Source: Camelus dromedarius | Lineage: Eukaryota | Assembly: GCF_036321535.1 (NCBI RefSeq) | Contig: NC_087436.1 | Span: 52,826,001 to 52,890,000, forward strand | Reading direction: 5' to 3' | Length of the DNA stretch: 64,000 nucleotides | In this document: in pieces, positions 28,223 to 38,475 of the stretch | How the letters are laid out: every line of letters begins with the position of its first letter | How positions within the stretch are numbered: position 1 is the first letter of the stretch | Notes under the pieces: generated by a model | Told to the model about the DNA's origin: nothing | What the model saw: the letters and a program-made list of their open reading frames with translations, nothing else | Databases searched by the model: none | Program-made: the position numbers and the translations under genes

Positions 28223-28256
<34 letters not shown>

Positions 28257-31200
28257 GATGGATAAATAGATAGAAAAGAAAGAAAGAGAGAGAGAATTGG
28301 TTTATTAATCTCATCTGCAAGCTTTTTCTGTTTCTAGATGTAAAATTCATTTGGATCAAAAGCGTATGCAGGTTAACCTATAGAGAACACCTACGCCATT
28401 TCCCACAATCTGCATACCCAAATGGCAAGATTGATAAATCAAAGTCAAACTGTGGCTTTGTCACTGTCATCTGTAGTTTTATGCCATCAATTCAAAGCAA
28501 TGAGTCTATGTCTTTCCCCCAATAAATCTATGACCATTTCAATTTTTTTCCATTTTAAGAAGTCTCCATTTTCTTCTTGTAGGCACATAAATGCTACTTT
28601 CTTGTATTTCCCCTTTATTGATTGACACTTGAATTTTTTCACATGTCCCTCTTTTATCTGGGTTCATATGGAAGTAAAATTATAACTGTGGTAAGTACTA
28701 GAGGGAAACTGTAAAATAAGGAGGTTCATTTCTTCATTTTTTTGTATCAAAGAGCAAGGATTAGTTTTGGTAAGATGAGGCTGGAAAAGGAGACAGAGGG
28801 CAAATTCTTAATCTACAAAATGTACCGGTTATCTCTAGTTTGTCCTCAGCTTCCATTAAGGGAATCCAGTTTATGACAATCAAGTATTTACTGAGAAATG
28901 TAAAATACACAAAAGCGTAAAATACATTGGTAATGTATGAAATGAAAATAGCTTCAATTACAAAAAACACGTAACAACCTGAGATAAGAGTTTCGCCTTT
29001 GCCTTTGCAGTGCCACCGTGGCTGCTGGTCCAACTAGTCCAACTCGACAGTCATGCTCGTGAGCCACTAAAAGGCTGAAATCTAACAGCATATTGCTCAG
29101 CTTTATGGAAGGAAACGGGACAGGAAATTCAGTGAGTACAGTTCCCGCGTCTCCTCGGAGGCCCAGAGCCACCCCTCACCCGCAGTGTGTCGGGCCGCCA
29201 CAGAGCAGGTGTGTGTGGTCACCAGGCCACATCGCCCTCCCTTTCCCACCTTTTAAACTGTTCCAGTCACATCAGCCTAAAGTCTGCCGCCCAAAGCACA
29301 GAACCCCCTGCCCAGGTGCAGCTGCACAGACCAAGGGTAAATAAGGCAAGACAGACACAACAGTCCACATTTTGTGTTAACTCTGCCATGGCCGAGGAAA
29401 TGGTGCTGTGAGAAGACATCCCTCGGCGGGCCTGGATCAGCCCTAACCTGCTGTTAACCCCTTACTCACATCCTACTACCTTTCACATCCTCGACTCTAG
29501 TAAGGAACCAATCAGCAGGTAAATGGGAGGGAAAAGATACTCTGGAGTTAAAAGACAAGATCCTGGGGACGTGCAGCTTCTCCAATGAAGTGTGTGCCTC
29601 CTTCTCTCCTGGCTGCTGCCCTGTCTCCTACGTGATCCTATGTATTCACCCTTCCTGAGAGTGTTCAGCCCGGGAGTAATGGGAGGTGTTCTGCACAGAC
29701 TTCCTGAGTGACAGATGTGGTCTTCCTGTTGGAAGAGGAAGCTGATAACAGCGTCTGTAACCCACGTGTGTGTCTGTGTGGCAGAGAAGCCTGGTCCTGG
29801 TTAACATCGGGGGAGTGAAAGCTTAGGGGAACATACCAGGAATGTTGAAAACCCCTGTTAGCTAAAAGAGAAATCCAACAGCCAGTTACAGGAGCATTCA
29901 TTCATGAGTGCCCCTTCAATCATAATTGTACAGAAAGAAGGCTAAAAACATAAGTCCAAACTAGGATGAAATTTGGCATTTTCTTCTCCTATCAATTAAG
30001 TAATTCTAGTGACCGTCGTATTTTTAAAATTGGTTCAGTAGTAAAAAGGACATGTCTGTATTTCATATTTTTCCAGCCTCATCTTACCAAAACCAGCATG
30101 TTTGTATTTTGTCTGTTGGGTACTTTTACAAGGGAGTGACACTGATACTTGAGACCAGTTTAATGTTAGGGACAAGGTAGAGATTTCATACAAGGGATTT
30201 ATTTATTGTTCTCTCCCTTGGGGATTGAAATCATTTCCCTATCTTAAACTATGTGGGTGCATTTCTGGACTATTTAATAGGTATTTAGTCAGGCAGCTTC
30301 AAAGGTACTTTCATGTAAGGCAATTTCATATTTTAATTTCATATTTGAATGATGAAAAGGGTAATCCCATATCCGTTGCCTGTTTAATTACCAGCCACTA
30401 ATGCTTGGCCACTAGTTCTTAAAGAGCAGTTCGTTTTCTGCAAAACTTCAGCTCCTTCCTAATTGTCAGATTCATGGTTAAATATCAAGCAATAAATATA
30501 TAATCATGTATGCTCCCTCCTGAAACCCCATTAAGTTGGCAGGAAACCAATGAGAGAGAGAAGATAGGAAAACAAAAAGATAAAAGAGAATTAGAGTGTC
30601 TTTCCAGGAAATCTGATGTCCAAATAATAGGCATTCCATAAAGAAATAAGAGACTATGAAAAGGAGAAAAGTATGAGTAAGTGATCCAAGAAAATTTCCC
30701 AAATCTGAAATGACAGGAGTTTCCAGACTGAAAGGTCACACTGTGATGAAAGAAGGTGTCTAGCTCTAAGGGAAAGAAAAAAAATTACATAAATACATAA
30801 ATCACTGAGAAACTTCAGAACAGTGGCTACAGAAAAGAAGAATCTAAAAATTTCTGAGGGCAGAGAGGGATGTAACGAAAAGAAAAGAAAAGAGGAGAGG
30901 AGACAAAAAAGGGAAGAAAGTAAATAAGAAAAGAAGGTCACATACCAAGAAGCATGAATCACAGTACACCAGATGTCTCAGCCCCAAAGCTGTTACCTGA
31001 AGCACACTAGAACAATCTCTTCAAATTTTAAGAATAAATTATTTGAAACCTAGAATTCTACACCAAGTCTAAATATAAAACAAGTGTGATGGAAGAATTA
31101 GGACCCTTTCATTTTCAGATATTCAGAGGTCTGGAAGTCTACCTCTCATGCAACCACGTAGGCAGCTGCTAGAGGATGTGCTCTCCCAGAACAGGAGAGT

Positions 31201-33947
31201 AAGCCCAGAAGGAGGATGTCTCAGGGGCTGAGAATGAAAGCTCCAGGCCAGGAGGAAGGCGGAGGGAATTTCCAGGATGATGTGATGAGAAATCCCAGGA
31301 AGGCCACTGAGAGGCAGGTGGAGAGGTCAAGGTGGAGCAGCAGAATGGAAAGTGTGTCTCCAGGAGGATGGGGAAACTGAGAGGTTATCCAAAGTGTTTG
31401 ACTATATTCAGAGGAAGGTAATACTTTGTGAAGACGCACAGGATGAATTAGACATGGGCATATGGAGAACTAAGCCAAAAAGGGAAAAAAAGATGGAATT
31501 ATAACTACCTAGACAACAAAGTTGTGGGAGAAAGGAATTATAATCATGATATTGATGGAGTTCAGGACAGGGTACCCCAAAATATGGCACCTGGGCATAT
31601 TGAATATTTTAAGCTAAAAAAGTCTGAGAAAACAGAAGAAGCAGGACAGTCTCTTTGACGTTCCCCGGCCCTTCTCTGCTGAAGCAGGTGATGAGACCCC
31701 CATGTGGGAGGCGCCCTCCCTATGCCTGCAGGAAAGGAGCATCCTTGTCTCTGAGACCCAGAATCCAAGTGAACAGGTCGGCTCAGTTTCCCCCAGTTAC
31801 TACACTTACCCCCACCCTCTGTCCTCTCATGCTTCCCCACCACTGTCTACTCTTCATCAGACCCAGCATCCAAACACTCAGGTTTAACCATTTCTTCAGG
31901 TCTTTATTTCCTTTTGAAGGCTCCCATGTCAGGTAACATGTAATACATTTGCATGCTTTTTCTCCTATTAGTCTGTCTTTGTGAGTTCAATTTTCAGACT
32001 CAACCAAGGACTTGAAAAGGGTCAAGGAAAAGTTTTTCTCCCCCTACAATAGACTACAGGGGTCAGCTGTGATAAATATTTAAATGGCTGTAATAATGAA
32101 AACTGAATATTGATTTAGTCAAAGATGAAGCTGTAGTTATATTAGAAAGAAGAAAGGGTAACTTTGTGTTTGAGGGGCAGGAGGGCGGGGGTTAGGAACA
32201 GGAATTGATCAATAGTGTATAAATTGAACAAAACAGCCTTAAATGACTGTTATTTAGAAATACAGCGGTGACGCCAGAAGAAAATCTACAAGTTGAAAGT
32301 GGCTTCTGAAGAGCAATAATCAGAAGGAAGCGGGAGAGGAGCGCTGTTTTTGAGCTATAAGCCTCATAAAAAGTTGATTTTTTATGAACCTGTGTTTCTG
32401 TATCGATTTGAAAATAAAAATTGAGTTTAAAAAGAAGAAAAATATCACTTTATCTTCAGAGACTCCAATTTAATTTATCAGTAATGACAAATGAATATTT
32501 CTTTGATGGGTTGACCTAGGAAAATAAGTATTGAACAAGTTTAGACGCTTGTGACTTCCTACTGGCACATGCTAAGGATATAACGAGTCACAGTTAGCAA
32601 TACTATTAGAATACTTTCCGAGATACGACAGTCCCATCTTGAATACCATCCCTGTGTAACTGTTCTGCCAAAATTAAACGGTGCTGCTAGCTACAGAGTC
32701 CTACTTGCACCCAGCAGCCCACCTGCCGGCTGCTACATGGACCAATTCAGGTTTGAGCAGAGTGTTTCATCGTTCATTGTCATCGTGGCATGTTTGTCAC
32801 AATTGTTCCGATTTAATCTCACATTTATAGCAATGAGGACTAACACCGTGCTGGCATTTAGTTAACTCAGCTATAAATGCCAAGAGCCATGGATATTTTG
32901 ATGAGAACTTTCTGCTGTACCATTCTGGTCAGTTTTAAATAGTGGCAAATCATAGGTATTTTGGTGACAATATCAATTTTAAAGTGCTGAGAACTCAAAA
33001 GATCTACTGCTGAATTATTAACAATTGGTATTTTATACAGACTAGATACAAGACAAGATAGTATTTTATACAGACAATATAAATTTATCAGCACTGTGCA
33101 CAAGAGGGAGATGTGTAGTTTCTCCCAGTCTTTTTTTTTTCATCAGTGAATTTTCATGTGGCTGGTGATAATTCACCCAAAGCAGATAGGAAAGCTTGGA
33201 TGTAACAACAAAAAACAAAGAGTAATCTGTTTCTTTTCACAGTCCAGGCCACCCATACCATTCAATCTGTACAAGTAAATCACAGCCATTTTACATTTTC
33301 ATTTGGGTTCAGCTGTAATTACTCAGCAATGAATTAATGAAATAGGCCAATTAAGGGAGGACAGCTTCCTAGGAATCATCTACTTATCTTGTCGTTAGAG
33401 AAAAGAGCCCTCTCCCGAGGCAGGATCAGGTCCACTCCTGGTATATCCAGCAAGTTCTCAGTGATCTGGACTGATCCATAGAAGTCGTTTTCAGGTCAGA
33501 ATCAAAGACTAGATTGTAAGTCAATGGAAAACTGAACTTCTTACTTATGTTTCAACTAATGGATAGAAGAGAGAGTTTAAAATCTTCCACATAATATCTC
33601 TGGACAATACACAAGATATGATAACAGTGGTTGTGTCTGACAAGGAGGCTTTGGGGAGTGGGTTAGGAGTCACGGGTAGGAGCCAGTGCTAGGGAGTTGT
33701 AGGCTGCCTCTTACTACGCAATTCTTGAATTTTGCACCATATGCATATGGTGTAAAAGTTTTTTTTTTAAACTAATTTTTAAAAACATGATATGTGAGGG
33801 TATATCTATAGTCTTATAATCTTCATATAAATTACAATAGTTTCTGTTCAAGAATATTCCATACAACTGAGTCCTACATTAACATATTCCATAGCTTTTC
33901 TTCTTGTGAGTACATTACAGGTTCTCCCTAACTTCCTTTGGTTTCTG

Positions 33948-33978
<31 letters not shown>

Positions 33979-35626
33979 TTCACAGCTGGGAGCTGAAGTT
34001 TTATGCTCTCTAAACATCCTTCTGGTTTCTTGCTTTAGGGATTATCAAGTGTGCAATGTCTATCAACTAAGACAAAAGAAATGCAGAGAGGCAGAGTGGT
34101 AGATTTAAATGGAGCTGTGAGGAGTAATACAAATCGAGACCTGTATCATTAAAGATCCTGAAGTTGTATTTCTATATGTGTGTGTGTGTGTGTGTACATA
34201 TACATATATATATATATATATATATATCTGTGTATATATAATTGAATCACTATGCTGTACAGAAACTAATACAACATTGTAAAATAGCTAAAATTCATTT
34301 TTTTTAAAAAAAAGGAAAAAAGTTTAAGTAAAATTTTGCACTTATTTAAAGTTCATTCCACATGGCCCTGATCTCTAAACTTATATAAAAATACAAAATA
34401 TTCATGAACGATCTTGATTATAATGAAATTAAAAATAAAAGCAACAGCCCTCCATATCCAGCAGTATGTTATGAGTAAACTGACCGAAGGTCTTGCTAAA
34501 AAGAAATAAAAACAGTGGATAAACACAAAAGTAAAAATAATAAAAAAAAAATAAAGTTGTATTTCTAGCTACAGTAGATGTCTAAAATAAGAATGAATTT
34601 GCACTTTTTCATCTATTCATAAATACGTTTTCTTTGCTTTCCCATCACAAAACTTCTGGCATTCCCTCCTCCAACACCTCTGCAGCCCCCATCACTTTTA
34701 TTTACCTGTGGTTAAATAATCCACTAATACCTCAGGGTAACAGTATGTCAAAATATTAGTGAGCTGAGAACACTAATTGCAAGCAAGTCTAATAGTAGAT
34801 TTTTATTCTTCTCACAGTTCCAATTTTTTTTAAGCTCTAAATTTTCGGTACCAAACAAATTTTCAAGATAGAAGTTAACTGAATTTTTATACATTAACTG
34901 AAATTTATACTAGTCCTCTAATTTTCCAGCTAAGTTTGTATAAATTAGACTGTACATATTTGATTTCTAGCAGCTGACTAAAAAGTGGAAAAATGTAAAG
35001 CTAGCTCTCCGATATCAAATAATCAACTAAATTTTAATGAGTTTTTGTTTTGCGAGTTCTTTATGTGTTTGCTTGCTTTCAAATAAATTAACAGGTTAAT
35101 TCAGGAAGTCCAAATTTGTGTGTACATATAAATTTTGAAAATTTTTTGATGCATATAATCTTGAATAAATCTATCTTCAATATATTTTCCAAGAAAACTG
35201 AAATATTTCATCTATACACTCTTAAACCTGGAGCATTGTGGAAAAACACAGTGTGGTCTCTGTTTTATGTAACTGTCATTTACGATTGACAGCGTTTCTC
35301 CCTCGTTTCCGGTTCGGTCCTGTGTTCTGGAATTGAGCCCTTACCTCCCATGTGTGCCACGAATCCCGAGTGTGCACCTTATTCTTCCGGGGCAGATTTG
35401 CTCCCAAGGCATACATATCACTCGTCTGGGGTCTTCTTTTCTGCTTCTGAGACAGCAAAGCCTTCACCTCTTTCTTCCCCAGTTGGCGTCTCTGTTCTGC
35501 CTGCGCGCTGGCGGGAGTGGTTGGGTAGTGGACGTCTGTTTGCCGTGTTTGGCCCCCTGAGGGCTTACCGTCCAGGGGCCCCTGCTTCTCCGCCCCTACC
35601 TTCTGCGGATGCCTCTTCCCGTTCAT
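16957..35626 (-). CDS. Spliced gene for an uncharacterised single-pass membrane protein with two Sel1-like repeats (~229 aa); join(35626..35345,22188..22047,21888..21843,18417..18331,17089..16957)
   Basis: Manual splicing gives one open frame: MNGKRHPQ...RDSWHTWE|LLVIMGSVISLLYIWLFSQSFHFHVAHLYAHFGYPSAQHIVGQRYLK-G-AGVVKDEEMAMHWF-R-QASQQDHPHASFNLAVGKLKNMTGSMAV-G-DVEMLLNVAARQGIQEAQELLENVIGTKSKLLPTKRTGSFYKH*. All introns GT-AG, phases 0/1/2/2. The Sel1 consensus (AQxxxGxxYxxGxGVxKDxxxAxxWFxxA) runs across the junctions. The start codon is uncertain. Confidence 0.85.
18331..18417 (-). CDS. Exon 4 (87 nt): end of Sel1 repeat 1 and start of repeat 2
   Basis: Acceptor ccttttcctttctttttcAG; donor AGG|gtaagg. 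Encodes (R)QASQQDHPHASFNLAVGKLKNMTGSMAV(G), phase 2 to 2. Confidence 0.9.
18855..19055. mobile_element. MER3-like hAT element; a related MER33/MER3-like copy lies at ~20590-20915
   Basis: gatggaaatgttctatgtctgtgctgcccaatacagtagccactagccacatg. Confidence 0.75.
21843..21888 (-). CDS. Exon 3 (46 nt): core of Sel1 repeat 1
   Basis: Acceptor tttttggtttttcccAG; donor TAG|gtaaga. Encodes (G)AGVVKDEEMAMHWF(R), phase 1 to 2. Confidence 0.9.
22047..22188 (-). CDS. Exon 2 (142 nt): predicted TM helix plus start of Sel1 repeat 1
   Basis: Strong acceptor tctctc(t)n-gcAG; donor AAG|gtaact. Encodes LLVIMGSVISLLYIWLFSQSFHFHVAHLYAHFGYPSAQHIVGQRYLK+G, phase 0 to 1. Confidence 0.9.
22770..23140 (-). mobile_element. 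MLT1B/C-like MaLR LTR
   Basis: agggctgccatagcaaaatatgacaaaccaggtggctta...ccaaatacagtcacattctgaggtac. Confidence 0.8.
23897..23988. repeat. Perfect 26-bp inverted repeat (7-nt spacer) followed by a 19-bp direct duplication
   Basis: aatatggacaaaattataagttataa (23897-23922) / ttataacttataattttgtccatatt (23930-23955); atattaattaatataagtt twice (23951-23988). Confidence 0.95.
24640..25690 (+). mobile_element. Cluster of MaLR internal sequence, MLT1 LTR part and another LTR fragment
   Basis: gccaccagaagctagga...cagacttctggcctcctgaactgtaagagaatacatttctgttgttt (MLT1 3' half) flanked by other LTR-like sequence. Confidence 0.55.
26480..28170 (+). mobile_element. Old L1 3' region (L1MC4/5-like)
   Basis: Similar to 55150-56450 (e.g. 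cacatgtcaaaaggatacag...cccactggccacatctggga). Confidence 0.55.
30470..32440 (+). mobile_element. HAL1 / L1 ORF1-like relic interrupted by an LTR
   Basis: A-rich ORF1-like tracts (ccaaataataggcattccataa, gaaaattttcccaaatctgaa, aaacctagaattctacaccaag). Confidence 0.55.
31553..32048 (+). mobile_element. Solo ERV LTR (MER34-like)
   Basis: TG...CA ends (tgatggagttcaggacagggtaccccaaaatatggcacc ... ttctccccctaca); near-TSD atat/atag. Confidence 0.7.
34175..34553 (+). mobile_element. Short L1 3' end carrying a ~200-nt 3' transduction
   Basis: L1 3'UTR (tgaatcactatgctgtac...ttgtaaa) and A tract, then non-L1 sequence, AATAAA at 34505-34510 and a second A-rich tail. A 14-bp TSD aagttgtatttcta lies at 34161-34174 and 34554-34567. 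Confidence 0.75.
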
Positions 35627-35696
35627 CCTCCCTCCAGGCCCCAGCTTCACTGGGTAGCTGGTTTTTCTCCTCTGATTTATGCCTGGGGTAAAGCAG
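35345..35696 (-). CDS. Exon 1 of the Sel1-repeat gene (352 nt): basic low-complexity N-terminus ending ...HTWE
   Basis: Acceptor ttctctggttcttatctttaaaagacAG before 35696; donor GAG|gtaagg after 35345 in phase 0, matching exon 2. Locally CpG-rich and open throughout (ORF track 35276..35800). First in-frame ATG inside the exon is at 35626 (aggATGa). Confidence 0.7.
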
Positions 35697-36159
35697 CTGT
35701 CTTTTAAAGATAAGAACCAGAGAACAGAGATATCAAACAGACATGAAGAATAACCTAGGAAGGACAAAAAGCCCCCTTTCCCTAAAAAGAGCTGTTTCAT
35801 TAGCTCTTTTCATGCTGAACACCCAGATTTATTTCCCTTGTCCCTCAGTTTGAACAACCCAAGTCAAACTACCTCACAGGAAGGAAAATAAAACAGGAAA
35901 AAAAGCTGTTTTTACCAAAGTAATAAATATAAAAGGTGACTAACTAGAATCTTCTACATTTTTAGTAACAGTTAGAATTAAAGTTGTATAATAGTAAGGA
36001 GGTGGTTTTGCTCAAAAACGTAAGATAAAAGATAGGATTAAAAGATGAATCAGAAGAAAACGAACTGTGAACACCAAGGAAAAGTGGAAAGCAAAGTTAA
36101 AGTAAGCTAGAAATCATGAAGCAAGTGTCATACATAAATTCAATACATAGAAACGAAGT

Positions 36160-36526
36160 GATTTGTGCCTCCGGACCCACAAAACGGAGGTCACCCCAGG
36201 GGCCCGGCCCATGTCACAAATCTAAACCTAAGTGAACCTGCACTTACGGAAAACCCCTGTCAAGGAAACCCTGCGTATGATGATCACCATCCTGCAACTC
36301 AGCTTTAGCAAGCTCAGCTAAGAAAATAGGGCCTGCTGGCCTTGCCAGGAAATCCCCAACCTCCTGTTTCTGAATTCCTTCTTCCAATGCTCTATAAAAA
36401 CTTGCTCTTGCCCCAAATCCCTCAGGAACTGCTAGTGAGGTACCATACTCCCCAAATCCATGGATTGCTTCCCTTGAATAAAAGACATCAAATTCTTTAC
36501 TAAGTTGTTTTGGTTTGTCATTTGAC
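36160..36526 (+). mobile_element. Solo ERV LTR just upstream of exon 1, in the opposite orientation
   Basis: LTR layout: ctataaaaa TATA near 36392, aataaaa near 36478, then a GT-rich U5-like end. Confidence 0.55.
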
Positions 36527-38321
36527 TATATATATATATTTGGGCAGGAAAGGATAAATCAGAGTTGAGTGGTTCCACTCACTGAGCAGGAGAAACCCTG
36601 TGACTCAAAAGTATAAGTGAAGTGGCAGCTGCCACCCTACTTGTTCCTTCCCTCTGGAGAGCAGTGGCCCCAGAAGATTCAAGTATAGAAGAGATGGTCT
36701 GGGGTGAGAGGATGGTCCCTTTGTTTCCCTGCATATTCCTTAAGGGTAGAGTTACATCACAAATGTTTGTGCAATGAGAACTGACCTCTCTCTTCTACCC
36801 ATAGGATGTAAATTATAATGTAATAAAGACTAAGGTCAACACATACTCTGTATAGGAGTTAAATGCAATGAGCTTTGGTGTCAAATAGCCAAGGTTAAGA
36901 CATTGTCTGCCTGCCTGCCACATGCCGTTTCGTGATCTAAGACGTTGCTGCTCCATGTATGATCAGCCAGCCAACAATATTGGCCTTCACCTGTGAGCTG
37001 ATTAAGATGCAGAATCTCAGCTCCCACCCAAGACCCACTGAATCAGAATGTGTTTATTAATCAGAATCCCAGGTGATGCTTTTGCACATAAAATTTTAGA
37101 AATATTAGAAATATTGGTCCAGGGTGAGCTACCTAATCTGCACATGCCCTGGCTTCCTCATTTATAAAATGGGAACACTAGTACTTACTCCTATCATTGT
37201 GGAAATTAAATGAGGAATACATGCAGAGGGATAGCAAATGTCCAATAACTATTAATAAAGACAAGTCATAAAATATGGTGCAGGATTCTGAAATTGAATT
37301 CTATGCTCTAGTGTGCACACAATTAAATGTAACTAAAGCTGGGTTTTAATTCTACATGCTAACTGACTTTTATGACCATTTTCCCAAATGAAATAGTCAT
37401 TTAAAAATGAATAGTTTCAAAAGGGCCATCCATACTAATTGCCTAGCTAAGCAAGTCACTTTAGTTTTCTGCAAATCAGTTTCCTTATCTGAGCAGAAGA
37501 GTAGTTCAGCTAAAGTCCTTGCTAATTCCAAAATTTTATTTTATGGTATTTGCTGTGAAAACAGATATCCCCATTCACTGATTAATTTGTCATGTCACAA
37601 ATTGGGTGGAATGATGGCATGATACTTAGCCTTTCTGTTTATGAGTATTTTAACTTAGAGGGAAGGGAAAAGAATAAAAAAGGAAGCATGACCAGACTAA
37701 AGGCAAAACCCAAAGGAGGGACTGAGAGGAATTTTGTGTATTTCTGATTTATTTTCCATAAATATCAGCTCTCTAAGGCTGCAAGCAATTAAGTATGTTA
37801 AGTCAGAGATTCTTAAACATTGTGGTGCATAAAAATCAGATGATTCTCTTGTTTAAAAATACTAATTTCTGGGACCCCATCTCTGGAGATGCTGATTCAG
37901 AAAGCCGGAAGAAAGAAACCCTGGAATTTATATTTATAACAAACACCCCAGGAAATTACTCCGTGGGAAGATTACAATTTGAAAGACACTGTGTTAGGTG
38001 ATTTTTCTCATGTCAAACACAGCTTGATTATTGCACATTAGATCATATAATATAAACATATTTCTTACTTACAAATAAATACTCAGAAGCATTCCATGCT
38101 GTTGTACGTAGGTAGAATTACTGACATTTGGGAAATATGAATATGAGTTTCAGCTTTGGTATAAGTTCATGTTAGGCAAGATAAGCAGAAGTTAAGCAAA
38201 TAATTTAATGTCTATGATTCTCTTTGCCCTTAATTACAAAATAGGACTGACATGAAACTCTCCTTGTAAGAATTACATGAAATAAGTACTTTAGAAACTC
38301 TAAAGCAATTTTAAACATAAT

Positions 38322-38475
38322 TTAAAAAAATACATTTATTTATTTACATTGTCTTTTGGGGGCAGGTGTAATTAGGCTTATTTTTATTTATTTATTTTTA
38401 ACGGAGGTACTGGGAATTGAACCCAGGACCTCATGCATGCTAAACACACACTCTACCACTGAGCTGTACTCCCCC
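38322..38475 (-). mobile_element. tRNA-derived SINE, camelid Vic-1 type
   Basis: Reverse complement of the same A-box/B-box body; TSD tttaaacataat / ttcaaacataat. Confidence 0.85.
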
